From: an uncultured virus (IMG/VR IMGVR_UViG_3300020577_011735)
Lineage: Duplodnaviria; Heunggongvirae; Uroviricota; Caudoviricetes
IMG/VR virus record: IMGVR_UViG_3300020577_011735
Strand: one strand, 5' to 3'
Length of the DNA stretch: 64,000 nt
The notes beneath the pieces are model-generated. The model was not told the origin of the DNA. It was given only the letters and a program-made list of their open reading frames with translations, and did no database searches. Of the stretch, positions 30,392 through 41,140 are shown piece by piece. The translations under genes and the position numbers were made by a program. The number at the start of each line of letters is the position of its first letter. Positions within the stretch are counted from its first letter, which is position 1.

Positions 30392-31286
30392 TGAAAAGAG
30401 CTGACGGTCCGTTGGGAAATATCATATCGCTGTGCACCTCCATTCCACAGCTACAATCCTTGGCAACTTTTTCAATACCAAATGATAATTTCTCAACTGC
30501 TGAATTTAAAAATTGGAATGAAGAATTATTCATTTTAGTAAATTCATCCAATTTAGCTTTAATTCCTTCTTGGGTAATAGTTGTTCTATCAAATAATACA
30601 AAAGGAATAATTTTTAAGAAAGATAAATTAGGTTTTCTCTTTTCTGCATTTTCTTTAACTATATAGTCAGTAAATGCTTTTTGTAAACCGATTGTAGGTG
30701 GAGATAAGTGATAGATATCACCATCTATTGTTTCAAACGTAAAACATCTATTAGATGGATCATAATACTTCTTTAACTTATCAGCTACAGAGAATACTCT
30801 GAAGTTTTCTCTTTTTAATTCTATTTGAACTTCATTACCACAAGAACAGTTAGCCTTTGTAACTAAAGTGTTTCCTGCTTGGAATGTTAATTCTCTAATC
30901 ATGAATATTAAATAAAATCTATCTGGATCTCTTAAATCCATATATGTTCCAATGCTACCATCTGGATATTTGATCCTAACACATGCTAGGAGCATTTCAT
31001 TCATCTTTTCAACAATATCATAATAGTTAGTATCATCAACCATTGAGTATGCTTGAATTTCTTTAACCTCAGCAGCTCTAATTTGAATAGTAGATCCAAC
31101 TGGATAGAAAATCCCACAAGGAAATTCTCTAACATCAAATGCTAGATAATTCAGATTATTAACAGTAGAGTTATCTACTTCTACTTTAACTTTAGGAGCA
31201 GTAGAGTTTACTTTATTTCCTTCAAGTTGTTCTAGGTGTTTTTTAAGATATTCCTCTTCGGTTACGTTTTTTAAATCTTCGGACAT
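30354..31286 (-). CDS. putative baseplate hub / tail assembly protein (T4 gp26/gp51-like)
   Basis: IRAAEVKE, DRFYLIFMIRELT, two CxC motifs (CSCG); TAATATATA upstream. Confidence 0.55.
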   Translation of the reverse strand: MSEDLKNVTEEEYLKKHLEQLEGNKVNSTAPKVKVEVDNSTVNNLNYLAFDVREFPCGIFYPVGSTIQIRAAEVKEIQAYSMVDDTNYYDIVEKMNEMLLACVRIKYPDGSIGTYMDLRDPDRFYLIFMIRELTFQAGNTLVTKANCSCGNEVQIELKRENFRVFSVADKLKKYYDPSNRCFTFETIDGDIYHLSPPTIGLQKAFTDYIVKENAEKRKPNLSFLKIIPFVLFDRTTITQEGIKAKLDEFTKMNNSSFQFLNSAVEKLSFGIEKVAKDCSCGMEVHSDMIFPNGPSALFIDDDAFEKFIKE

Positions 31287-31343
31287 ATAAATACTTATTT
31301 TTTGTTATATATTATATGACATATTACTCCCTTGTTTATCTCA

Positions 31344-32327
31344 TCAACTAATAAAATTTTTCCAATTTTTATACTCTTTATATATTTTATCTGGATTTGA
31401 TGGAATATTTTCAATATTATTAGTTTTTTTATAATTCCTCCATTCTCTGTATCCATTTATACCTTTTGATTTTATAAATTTTTTAGCTTCTTGATATGAA
31501 AGGAATTGCTTATTGAAATTAGCTACCTTTATGTCTCCTGATAAAACAAATTTTTCATATTTTCTTTTTAAATATAGAACTCCTTCTATATTAGTATAAA
31601 TATATTTCCCTAATCTTCTAGTATCATTAACCCCTATATTCAAAACATATGAGTTCTCTATTTTGGATATAGATCCTTTAAATTCATCTATTTTTCCCCT
31701 TAGTATTTCTAATAATTGATTTATGAATTTATAACTACCAGATGCAAAAGAAGATACATAACAGTTTTCATTTTTTTGAAATGTTATACATCCATCTCCA
31801 TCAAAAAATCCTCTTATAAAATCTGATACATATTCACTATTTATTTTAGGAAATTTTATAGTAAATGATTTAGATTGATGTAGGCCAAATTTTTTCAGAT
31901 CTTCAATAATTTCTTTTGAAGTTATTGAAAAATATACATTATTACCATAGTGTTTTTTAATTTTTGAATTGGAATTCATTTCCATCAAAATATTATTTAA
32001 TAAATATTTATCATCTACATGTTGTGTTAATAGTATATTATTATTTCTATCATTTAAATATCCGTCAGCATATAAAATTCCCATTATATAATACATGTTT
32101 CTACTTTCATTTTTAAAAAAATGATCATTAACTGAGTATTTTCTACTATCCTTAGACTTTCCTAACCAGTCATACCAATCAACCCATCCAATATTTCTAT
32201 ATTGCCTATTAGGATGTATAGATATTCCAATTTTAGAAAGTAGATTGCATCTATGATAATTTTTCCAATCTTTAACCGATTTTATTTTTAAATTTCTAAC
32301 TAAATTTCTTGCCTCTATAAAATTCAT
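31344..32327 (-). mobile_element. free-standing LAGLIDADG homing endonuclease
   Basis: Two motifs GILYADG and IRGFFDGDG; flanked at both ends by a repeated F.EA...W..Y...P...Y..W..W/F module. Confidence 0.85.
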
Positions 32328-32416
32328 ATTATATTTCTTGTCCTTTTATATTGTATATATAATTAATTATTTTCTCCCTTCATTTTTTAATAGTATATTT
32401 GTAAAAATAAAATTAA

Positions 32417-33541
32417 ATGGATATTAAATATTTAAGAGATAATAAACTAATAATATTTGAAGGTATAGTTGGATCGAATGCTTACGGAACTAACCTTGAA
32501 ACATCTGATATGGATATAAAAGGAGTTTTTGTAGCTCCAATAGATACTATATTAGGGTTTGGATATATTGATCAGGTAAATGATGCTAAAAATGATATTG
32601 TTTTTTATGAGGTAAAAAAATTTTTGGAATTACTAAGGGCTAATAATCCAACAATTATGGAAATTTTAAATTTACCAAAAGATTGTATTATATATAAAAA
32701 TCCAATTTTTGACCAAATTATAGAAAATAAAAATAAATTTATAACTAAGCAGTGTAGAAATACATATGGTAAATACGCACAATCACAAATATCTAAAGCA
32801 AAGGGGCAAGATAAAAAACAAAACTGGGAAAAAGATAGGGTTACTCGTAAGACTCCATTAGATTTCTGCTTTTTACATATCAAAGAAAAATCATTCCCAC
32901 TTTCTGACTTTCTATCTAAAAGTGGAATGGATCAAAAATATTGTGGTTTAGCAAAAGTCCCTCATAGTAGAGAAACCTATTCTCTATTCTATGACTATGT
33001 TGCTTCTGGTAAATCACCTGCTGGTACCGAAATTGTAGAATCTACTCAACCATTAATGGGATTTCGAGGTATTGCGTTTGAAGATTCTAATGATATTAGA
33101 CTAAGTTCTATTCCGGTTGATTGTCCACACCATTATTTTCTTGGATATGTTTCCTATAATAAAGATGGGTATACCACACATTGTGAGGATTATCGATCTT
33201 ATGAAACTTGGCTAAAGAATAAGAATGATGCAAGATGGGTTGATGTTCAATCACATGGTCAAAAAATTGATGGTAAAAATATGATGCATTGTCGTAGGCT
33301 TCTTGAAATGTCAAGAGAGATTGCTGAAGGCAAGGGTATAAATGTTCGTCGATCAAATGCTGACTATTTAATCTCAATTAGAAAAGGTGAGGTTGATCTA
33401 CAAACTTTAATTAACAATGCTGAAACTGATATTCGTGAAATTGATGAATTATTTAAATTATCTACATTACCAAATATAGTAGATTCAGAACTAATCAATG
33501 AAATTTTACTAAACATTCGTAAACAATTTTATAAAATATAA
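32417..33541 (+). CDS. nucleotidyltransferase (Pol-beta superfamily, RlaP/YcgL-like)
   Basis: GSNAYGTNLETSDMDIKGVF, NPTIMEIL, DGKNMMHCRRLL, IRKG. Confidence 0.85.
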   Translation: MDIKYLRDNKLIIFEGIVGSNAYGTNLETSDMDIKGVFVAPIDTILGFGYIDQVNDAKNDIVFYEVKKFLELLRANNPTIMEILNLPKDCIIYKNPIFDQIIENKNKFITKQCRNTYGKYAQSQISKAKGQDKKQNWEKDRVTRKTPLDFCFLHIKEKSFPLSDFLSKSGMDQKYCGLAKVPHSRETYSLFYDYVASGKSPAGTEIVESTQPLMGFRGIAFEDSNDIRLSSIPVDCPHHYFLGYVSYNKDGYTTHCEDYRSYETWLKNKNDARWVDVQSHGQKIDGKNMMHCRRLLEMSREIAEGKGINVRRSNADYLISIRKGEVDLQTLINNAETDIREIDELFKLSTLPNIVDSELINEILLNIRKQFYKI

Positions 33542-33542
33542 T

Positions 33543-34109
33543 ATGAACGGAATATATTTGGTAGTTGGAATTATTATTGGATTTACTCTAGCGGTCTTTT
33601 TTTTAAATCATATTAGGAATAAAAAGATGAGAGAGTACGAACAATCCATCGAAAATATGTTTTTACTAATTCTATCTAACTTTGATAAATTAATATTTAC
33701 TAAAAGGATTAATAGGTATGCCTACTTTATATATGAGTCATGGGAAATCATCTATCAATTAGATGATAAATCAATACATGTCTTTTCTAAAGAAAAATGT
33801 TTAGCTACCTCAAATCAACTCAATGGTTCATCTGTTATAGATAAGTTATTATCAAATATTGATAATTCATGGGGTAATGATATCAATAACACCATTATCA
33901 TAGACTCTAATGAGGTATCCATCAACTTTGTTGAAGAACAAAGAAAAAAGATACAATCAACATTTATTGATCCTATTTTGGCTAAAATTGAGAAGGAAAA
34001 TAAAATTTCTTATTTTACTGTAGATGAAATATTAGATAAGATAAATAAAGTGGGGTATAACAATTTAACTCAGGAAGAAAAAGATTTTCTTAATAACGCA
34101 TCCAAATGA
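33543..34109 (+). CDS. membrane-anchored protein with DUF6576-like C terminus
   Basis: N-terminal TM helix; VDEILDKINKVGYNNLTQEEKDFL. Confidence 0.65.
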   Translation: MNGIYLVVGIIIGFTLAVFFLNHIRNKKMREYEQSIENMFLLILSNFDKLIFTKRINRYAYFIYESWEIIYQLDDKSIHVFSKEKCLATSNQLNGSSVIDKLLSNIDNSWGNDINNTIIIDSNEVSINFVEEQRKKIQSTFIDPILAKIEKENKISYFTVDEILDKINKVGYNNLTQEEKDFLNNASK

Positions 34110-34199
34110 AATTAATTGCTAAAGCATCAAACCTTGCGTTGGATCGGATGGTCGATATCAACAGAAAAGTAGTCGAAACCCAGTAAATAAATTAGAAAT

Positions 34200-34445
34200 A
34201 TGATAGATCATTTTACATCTATACTTGTAGATCAGCCAATAGAAGTTGAATTTGATAGGATTAAAAATAATCATGATGTTAGCTCTAATAATATTCCATA
34301 TACTATAAAGTATATCAATATACTAATTAGATACTTTGAATTAAAGGAGGAATATGAAAAATGTCAAGTTCTTACATTATACAAGTCTAATAAATTAGAT
34401 CATAATAAAAAATTTAAAGATGTTTTTTTGGAAAAAGTTAACTAA
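34200..34445 (+). CDS. hypothetical protein with UVR-like helix pair
   Basis: YFELKEEYEKCQVL. Confidence 0.55.
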   Translation: MIDHFTSILVDQPIEVEFDRIKNNHDVSSNNIPYTIKYINILIRYFELKEEYEKCQVLTLYKSNKLDHNKKFKDVFLEKVN

Positions 34446-35208
34446 GAAATCTTTATATAAAAAAATAAAGCTTAAAAAGACTGTAGAGATTCCTATAGAA
34501 AAAGATAGATTTCTAGGAATACATTGTCATGATATAAATACTTACAAAAAACAAATACAAATATTTTCGGATGAAAATGGATATTTTGTTTTGGACCAAA
34601 GAGGGAATCCTTTGTTTACCACAAGACCAACAGGAGAATTGGTATTACATACTGGTAATGTTTTTAAAGATCTTCGACTAATTAGTGAAAAGCTAGGATA
34701 TAAAATAGGATCCGAGGTTTATGTTGCTAAAGAAGGAAAAAATTTTATTATTAGTGGAATAAAAAACCTTTGTTTATATCAGGTTTCGTTTAGTCTATTT
34801 GGACCCTATAACGATAAGAATCTTCGTGCCCTTTTTACATTAGCATATCAGCTAGAGGAGAATATTGATGAACACGTCAATAGAGAGTTGCCAGGATATT
34901 ATCAAATCGATGGCATTGAATTGGTTAAAACCGTAAGAGAAATATCTGTTGTTGAAGCGGTAATTGAAGATAATTTCATCGAGTTAATTGATGAAGAAGT
35001 TGTTAAATTTAGTTCAACTAAACATAGGGTTTTCGAACGAAGTGGATATGAATGTACAATTCATGTTAAAGACGTTGACCCATACATTCTTGATAGAGTT
35101 TGCAGTCAACTAATGCTAGCAACCAAAAGATTAGAAAAAGAAAATATTAGTGTAAATATTAAAGATATTAATAAAGAAAGGGTTATTTTTACAGCAGTTC
35201 AAAACTAA
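34420..35208 (+). CDS. hypothetical protein
   Basis: 262-aa ORF. Confidence 0.65.
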   Translation: MFFWKKLTKKSLYKKIKLKKTVEIPIEKDRFLGIHCHDINTYKKQIQIFSDENGYFVLDQRGNPLFTTRPTGELVLHTGNVFKDLRLISEKLGYKIGSEVYVAKEGKNFIISGIKNLCLYQVSFSLFGPYNDKNLRALFTLAYQLEENIDEHVNRELPGYYQIDGIELVKTVREISVVEAVIEDNFIELIDEEVVKFSSTKHRVFERSGYECTIHVKDVDPYILDRVCSQLMLATKRLEKENISVNIKDINKERVIFTAVQN

Positions 35209-35214
35209 AAATAC

Positions 35215-35691
35215 TTGTTAGACATCTACAAATATCTCCAATTATCTAAATTTTCTGTAATAGGATACACATCACACTATGAGTGGATGAAAAATGATAT
35301 TATCTCTAATCTTAATCATATTGTAGTAAATGAACCTAATAAACCAACCATTGAATCATTGATTAGAAATGATAAAATTAATCAGGTTTTAAACTATGAT
35401 AAGGAAGACTATGAATATCTTGTAGTTGATTTTATGAATTTAAAAGATGCTTTTGTTGTTAACAGTCAATCACATTATTTGTCTAATATTAAATATAAAA
35501 AAGAACAAGTAGAAAGGTTAGTAAAAATATCTAACTCATATAAAATAATAATAACTTCTCAAATGTATAACTCAGCTTTGAGTAAATCATCAGTGCAAAG
35601 GTTTTCGGGTGGAAGTGATTTAATCTCCAGATCTGATTTTGTTTTCTCGGTTGGTGAGGAAATAGAGATAATTAAAAATAGGTGGTGTTAA
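35215..35691 (+). CDS. truncated RecA/DnaB-fold-like protein
   Basis: YLVVDF (Walker B-like), IIITSQ, FSGG..L...SD, IIKNR; no Walker A. Confidence 0.4.
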   Translation: MLDIYKYLQLSKFSVIGYTSHYEWMKNDIISNLNHIVVNEPNKPTIESLIRNDKINQVLNYDKEDYEYLVVDFMNLKDAFVVNSQSHYLSNIKYKKEQVERLVKISNSYKIIITSQMYNSALSKSSVQRFSGGSDLISRSDFVFSVGEEIEIIKNRWC

Positions 35692-36476
35692 TCCCAGAGT
35701 TGGTTGATAGGAACAGATTCGATAAGCTTAAATATTTTTTCCATTTCTTCGGCTGTTGAATACTCCATAAAAAATTTTCTAAGAATATCATAATAGCTTT
35801 CTTTTATACCATCAGTATAACCAGTTTCACATTTCATTAATTTGATTATATTATCCCTTTTCATCATTTTCTTAAATTTAACAGCATTTAGTCTATCAGA
35901 AAATAGTATTTTGCTTTCATCTTCATTCCATCCAATTCCAATTCTTATAATACCATCTATTTTAAACGTATTGTCTTCTGACCATGTGATCGGAATCTCA
36001 TAATTAAAGGCGTGATGTGATACCCCCGACTCTAAATCAACAATAAAAAGATTAATATAAATAGTTGGAATTTTGTCCTCGTAAGCACATTCCTCTTCAA
36101 ATTCGTTGCAAGTCATTGATGACATAGAACATTTATTGGGTGATTCTCTTAATGATGAGATGGTGATAGAATTTTGTGGGCCTTTATCTTTATCATATTT
36201 ATAATTTTTATGAAAAATTTCAGTAAATTCATTTTCAATCAATCTTCGGGTATTAACGCTTAGGCGTCTGCTAGTTCCACTAACAACTTGGTAATTCATA
36301 GAGTATTCCCCATATTCTTGTAGTGATTTTCTTTTTTTTGCAGTATCTATCCAATCTAGAAGATTTTTACCTCTTTTTTCATGTGCCCCACCTAATTCCT
36401 TAAGCTTTTTAGCAGCATTTTGATAGGTAGAATCTTTCAGCTCTTCGTTAATATAATCATTAAACTTTTTAATCAT
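35688..36476 (-). CDS. hypothetical protein with N-terminal leader motif
   Basis: MIKKFNDYINEE; TAATATATA at 36481-36489. Confidence 0.7.
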   Translation of the reverse strand: MIKKFNDYINEELKDSTYQNAAKKLKELGGAHEKRGKNLLDWIDTAKKRKSLQEYGEYSMNYQVVSGTSRRLSVNTRRLIENEFTEIFHKNYKYDKDKGPQNSITISSLRESPNKCSMSSMTCNEFEEECAYEDKIPTIYINLFIVDLESGVSHHAFNYEIPITWSEDNTFKIDGIIRIGIGWNEDESKILFSDRLNAVKFKKMMKRDNIIKLMKCETGYTDGIKESYYDILRKFFMEYSTAEEMEKIFKLIESVPINQLWD

Positions 36477-36486
36477 ATACTATATA

Positions 36487-37269
36487 TTAAAATTGCTGAA
36501 AGGATCTTAGATACTCCTTTTTATCCACTGTAAGTGCTCCTGTTTTTTTATTCACTAGTCCAACTACAATTATTTCATCATCTGTAAAAAATCCTATCAT
36601 AACACTATCGGTATCATCCGATAAATCTTCCTCATTGATATCTATTGGTGGATCTTCCATCCCATCACTTCTATATAACATTTTTAATTTCTTAATAGCA
36701 TTATCTACACTTGTAACAATTAAACTTTTCTTCCATTTATTATATAGTTCTTTAATATCTACTGGATCCTTTTCGATAATTGATAAATGAAATCTCAATT
36801 GTATATTTCTAATATTATTTATGTTTGATTCAAACATATTGACCTTTAACTCCATTTTTGAATCACGTAAAGAAGCAACTCTTTTACAAACTTTTTCAAA
36901 TTTTTCAACTGTTACTTTAGACGAGATAATAAAATCATTGAAATCAGTTATAGATATTGGCTGTCTAAACAAACACCCAACATTAGATATTGGATCTGAT
37001 GTTTTGAAAATATTAATTAAAAAAAGCATTTCATGTTTAATAAAAATATCCTGATTAATATTTTTATTATTAAAGGTTCTAATTTCATTTCCATTTGAAT
37101 CAATAAATTTTTTATAATGCTGTTCACTAACTTTAGACGCCTCAATATTATCTATTTCTAAGGCATCTATAATATCATCTGGATCGAACGTTGATATTAA
37201 ATCAACGTTAATATTATAGGCTTGCATTGGAATGTCAAGTGATTCGTTATATGGTTTAAGATATTTCAT
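36487..37269 (-). CDS. hypothetical protein with N-terminal leader motif
   Basis: Starts MKYLKPYNES. Confidence 0.7.
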   Translation of the reverse strand: MKYLKPYNESLDIPMQAYNINVDLISTFDPDDIIDALEIDNIEASKVSEQHYKKFIDSNGNEIRTFNNKNINQDIFIKHEMLFLINIFKTSDPISNVGCLFRQPISITDFNDFIISSKVTVEKFEKVCKRVASLRDSKMELKVNMFESNINNIRNIQLRFHLSIIEKDPVDIKELYNKWKKSLIVTSVDNAIKKLKMLYRSDGMEDPPIDINEEDLSDDTDSVMIGFFTDDEIIVVGLVNKKTGALTVDKKEYLRSFQQF

Positions 37270-37801
37270 TTTTAACTATGATATAAATATGGCTAAATTT
37301 ATATAATTTATACCCAATGTTTGATAAATTTTTTAATAAATCAAATAAAGATTTATTGATTTTATATTGGTATTCTAAATAACCTTCGCTTATAAATTGT
37401 GCCTGATCTCCATGAGATTCAACCGGCATATATCTATTAAAATAACAATTTAAAAAATTTTTAGTTCCTTCGAACCTAGCATTCATATTTCCAATATCTA
37501 ATAAAAAAGCGTAGTATTTAAAATCTCCTGATTCAATCCAATTTTGGAAAAAGTCACCTTTGATAAATTTATTCAGTCTAATAAATAAATCCTCTCCATC
37601 TTCATCTAACCCACTAACAGATAAATGTTGTCCAGACTTCCAGGTGAAATGGAAATAAGAAGAACTCAAAGGATATAATTCTAAATGTGTTCTTAATTTT
37701 TTTAAACCACTATTATCTATAGCGGAAATTACTTTTTCTACCTCTTCTACATAATCGGTATCATAGACAATGTTTTCAAATTTTTTAATTTTGATATTCA
37801 T
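37256..37801 (-). CDS. hypothetical protein with N-terminal leader motif
   Basis: Starts MNIKIKKFEN. Confidence 0.65.
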   Translation of the reverse strand: MNIKIKKFENIVYDTDYVEEVEKVISAIDNSGLKKLRTHLELYPLSSSYFHFTWKSGQHLSVSGLDEDGEDLFIRLNKFIKGDFFQNWIESGDFKYYAFLLDIGNMNARFEGTKNFLNCYFNRYMPVESHGDQAQFISEGYLEYQYKINKSLFDLLKNLSNIGYKLYKFSHIYIIVKNEIS

Positions 37802-37839
37802 ATAATTAATTAATAGATAGTTTATTATATATCATGATG

Positions 37840-38613
37840 TTACACATTTTTACTTATCGTAGATTTCGGATTTAAAACCCATATATGATATCCTTTATAT
37901 TCTTGTTTATAAACATAGTGATTACCAGTTTTTAGAATGGCATAATCATTAATAAAACTATATAATATTTCTAATAATTTCTTCTCATCTAATGTAGTAT
38001 CAATATAATGTTGTAATTTATTATCATCTACTATATCACCCACATTGAAGGATATAGCCGTTCTTATTTCTTTACCAGATTTTAAACCTACATTAACCTT
38101 ATGTAAATCAATTGAAGATGAATTGGCACTTTTAAATAAAATGGGAAGTAATGATTTTTTAAAATCTTCTACATCCTCTTTTGAATAAATAATAACATTA
38201 ATCTCTTTTCCAAAATCTTTTACATTATATTTATGTTCTGTTTCATCATCTTTATCAACATGGCCAACACTGGTGTGATATAAATCAGCTAAAACTTTTT
38301 CATACCCCATATCGCTTGATTTAATCTTTATGTTACCTAAGTCTTCATTCATTAAGGCAAATTTTTCAAACTTCATAACTCCATCAGACTGAATGTGATG
38401 CCAATCATCAATCACATCCTCAACAACCCTTTTAATACCTTCAACATCATCTAATTTATATCTTTTTAAAAAAGTTTCTAATTTTGACGAATTCTTAAAA
38501 TATTTCCTTAGATTTGCTGGGTTAATTTTATGATTGGTGATGTAATCATCAATATATTCATTAACCAGCTTGTAGTATTGATTATTTTCTTCAGTATTAG
38601 ATATTTTTCTCAT
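37840..38613 (-). CDS. hypothetical protein
   Basis: 257-aa ORF; internal leader-like MKFEKFALMNE. Confidence 0.7.
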   Translation of the reverse strand: MRKISNTEENNQYYKLVNEYIDDYITNHKINPANLRKYFKNSSKLETFLKRYKLDDVEGIKRVVEDVIDDWHHIQSDGVMKFEKFALMNEDLGNIKIKSSDMGYEKVLADLYHTSVGHVDKDDETEHKYNVKDFGKEINVIIYSKEDVEDFKKSLLPILFKSANSSSIDLHKVNVGLKSGKEIRTAISFNVGDIVDDNKLQHYIDTTLDEKKLLEILYSFINDYAILKTGNHYVYKQEYKGYHIWVLNPKSTISKNV

Positions 38614-38699
38614 ATATTATATATAAAATTTTTAAACTTGGAAAACAAATCTATAAAAATATACTATACATACAGTAAAAAAATAAAAAACAAACATTT

Positions 38700-38858
38700 A
38701 TGAAAAAAGTGATTTTAAGTTTAATCGTGGCTTTAGTTTTAGTAGCATGTAATAACAGCGGTGAAAAGACTGAAACAACTGTGGATTCTACAAAAGTTGT
38801 AGTTGATACTACAAAAGTGGATTCTACCAAGGTTGTAGTTGATACAACTAAAAAGTAA
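38700..38858 (+). CDS. small lipoprotein (not in ORF track)
   Basis: MKKVILSLIVALVLVA-C lipobox, then two copies of VDSTKVVVDTTK; 52 aa. Confidence 0.8.
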   Translation: MKKVILSLIVALVLVACNNSGEKTETTVDSTKVVVDTTKVDSTKVVVDTTKK

Positions 38859-38925
38859 TTTTCTTTGTTTTTTAAAACAAAGTGGTGGAGCGACCGAGAC
38901 ATGAATTTCATTGTTCTACGGCCCC

Positions 38926-38955
38926 AAAGAGTAACTTCGGTTACTCTTTTTTTTT
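38926..38955 (+). terminator. Rho-independent terminator with UUCG loop
   Basis: AAAGAGTAAC-TTCG-GTTACTCTTT followed by a T-run. Confidence 0.85.
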
Positions 38956-38988
38956 ATTTTAGGATAAAGATATTTAATATATATTCCT

Positions 38989-39945
38989 ATGAATATATTC
39001 TATGTTTATGCTTATTTAGATCCTAGAAAGACTGGAAAATATATCTATGGTAGGTATGAATTTGATCACGAACCGTTTTATATAGGAAAGGGTAGTTCAT
39101 CAAGACATTTAAGACACTTAAAAAATTGGAGGGAAAAGCATAATAAATTAAAGACTAATAAAATAGATAAAATAATAAAGGATGGATTTATTCCAATAGT
39201 TAAAAAAATATTTATTAATCTAAGTAATGATGAGTCACTAGAGATTGAAAAAGATATGATAAATATCATTGGAAGAATTACTAAGTTAAATGGGCCACTT
39301 ACTAATATAGACGATGGTGGAAAATTATCGTTAATTGGATATAAACATAAGGAAGATTATATAAAAAAATTATATCGTCCTGTTATTAAATATGACATAG
39401 ATGGTAATATATTAGATGAATATGAAAGTGTTAAAGATGCTGGTGTGAAAAACCAGATTACTCCCCAGACAATAAGTAGCATATGTAATGGATCAATAAA
39501 AATTTATAAAAATAAGTATATTTTTTTATATAAAGGTGATGTATTCCAACATAGAATAAGATTAAAAAAACAGTCCCCTATAATAAGAATTGATTTTAAT
39601 GGAGAGATAAGGGAATACAAATCAATGCAACAAGCCGCAACTGAAAATGAATTATCACTTTCTAAAATAAGTGAAGTTTGTAGAGGTGATAAATTTCAAC
39701 ATGGATCTTTTTTATGGCGATTTAAAGAAGGTGAAAAATTTGAAAACAAAATAAAAGAAAAATATAAAATTTATTTAGACTATATGAACAAAAAAATAGT
39801 TGGTAGTGATGGGTTTATATATAAGAACATATTACATGTTATATACCTAAATAAAGATATTAAAATAAATAATTTAATAAGTAATTTATTAAATAATAAA
39901 AATTACAAATTCTATGAACATAAGAGAAGTACAATCATACTTTAA
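38989..39945 (+). mobile_element. GIY-YIG-like homing endonuclease with NUMOD1-like repeats
   Basis: YVYAYLDP...FYIGKG..R...H; repeated YD.DG....EY.S...A.......IS..C.G modules. Confidence 0.75.
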
Positions 39946-40816
39946 CAACAAGCCAGTTGAATTTGTAATAAGAGAAAACTACGAGCTAAGTGAAGATAAG
40001 GAGTATATTCCTAGATTCACATTAAAAAATGCTACAGAAATATCTAATATACCTATAAATCAACCAATTAAACCATCACAAGAAATAATTATTAAAGCCA
40101 TTAAGTATGGTATGATATTTCTTATTTCTTATAAAGGTGCAAAAGACAATTTACCAGCTGGTAGAGAAAGAACGATATATCCAATGGTAGTCGGAAGATC
40201 CTCAAAAGGAAAAATATTAGTCAGGGGATACCATCTTACTGGATGGAGTGTTAGTAATAACAGACACATTGATAAAATATGGAGAATGTTTAGACTTGAC
40301 AGGGTTCTTTCTGTTACATTTACTGGTTCATTCTATAGACTCCCACCTTCTGGATATAATATGAATGATAAGGGTATGAGAGGTGGTATTATTGCTAGAG
40401 CTGACTTCAATGAGATTAGAAGAAACCAACAAAACTTGGTTAAGGCAAACCAAATTCAAAATAAAGAAGAAATACAATTAGGAGAAGAAGGCAGATCATT
40501 TATTGCAGTTCGAGTTAAATCTACCGAAACACAATTGGATCTAAATAATGCATTAGATAATCCTTATATTAATAACGTCAAGGATATTGCTAATGTTAGA
40601 GTATCTTTCTTAAAGAGTATATATGGATCTAAATATGTTGCAATCTTAGGTGCAATGGGTAAACCTGGTAATACAGTTAAGCTATTAAACGAAAAGGGAA
40701 TCAATTTGGGTGTATTTAAGGTATTAGATTCCATAAGCGGTAGTGCATTAAAAAGAATTAAAAATATAAAGGGGAATTCAGTATATGATGTCTTCATCTT
40801 TGATAAAAAGGTATAA
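39914..40816 (+). CDS. WYL-like domain protein
   Basis: ISYKG...RERTIYP..VG...LVRGY...WRMFRLDRV. Confidence 0.55.
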   Translation: MNIREVQSYFNNKPVEFVIRENYELSEDKEYIPRFTLKNATEISNIPINQPIKPSQEIIIKAIKYGMIFLISYKGAKDNLPAGRERTIYPMVVGRSSKGKILVRGYHLTGWSVSNNRHIDKIWRMFRLDRVLSVTFTGSFYRLPPSGYNMNDKGMRGGIIARADFNEIRRNQQNLVKANQIQNKEEIQLGEEGRSFIAVRVKSTETQLDLNNALDNPYINNVKDIANVRVSFLKSIYGSKYVAILGAMGKPGNTVKLLNEKGINLGVFKVLDSISGSALKRIKNIKGNSVYDVFIFDKKV

Positions 40817-40822
40817 ATCAAA

Positions 40823-41134
40823 ATGAGAATTAGAAGATTTAATGAAAATAAAATAGAAGATCTTTCTGAATACTTACAAGAAATATTTGACAAATATCAA
40901 ATAAAGGAGTTTAATGGAGAATTTATGCCACTATCATGGACTAGGTATAAAAGAAATGAATCATTTTATATAATGATCGAAGGTGTTGATATGATAACTA
41001 TTTCAAATATTGCTGAGGATATTAACAATATTAAAAGTAATTTAAATAATAGAGTTGATGGTAATGTTAAAATTGAGGTTGGTCCGCTATGGATAAAAAT
41101 AATACTCAATGAAAATTTTAATGAAAAAAACTAA
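40823..41134 (+). CDS. hypothetical protein with N-terminal leader motif
   Basis: Starts MRIRRFNEN. Confidence 0.65.
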   Translation: MRIRRFNENKIEDLSEYLQEIFDKYQIKEFNGEFMPLSWTRYKRNESFYIMIEGVDMITISNIAEDINNIKSNLNNRVDGNVKIEVGPLWIKIILNENFNEKN

Positions 41135-41140
41135 ATTTTA

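Noticed and set aside
30134..31286. Programmed frameshift joining 30354-31286 to 30134-30391 (tail-chaperone style)
   Set aside because: No clear slippery heptamer in the overlap, and the small ORF has its own ATGs.
34106..34186. 26-codon ORF MKLIAKASNLALDRMVDINRKVVETQ or a possible ncRNA
   Set aside because: Too short, with no recognisable motif or convincing structure.
38651..38911. 86-aa minus-strand ORF from the track
   Set aside because: It is the antisense shadow of the plus-strand lipoprotein gene 38700-38858.
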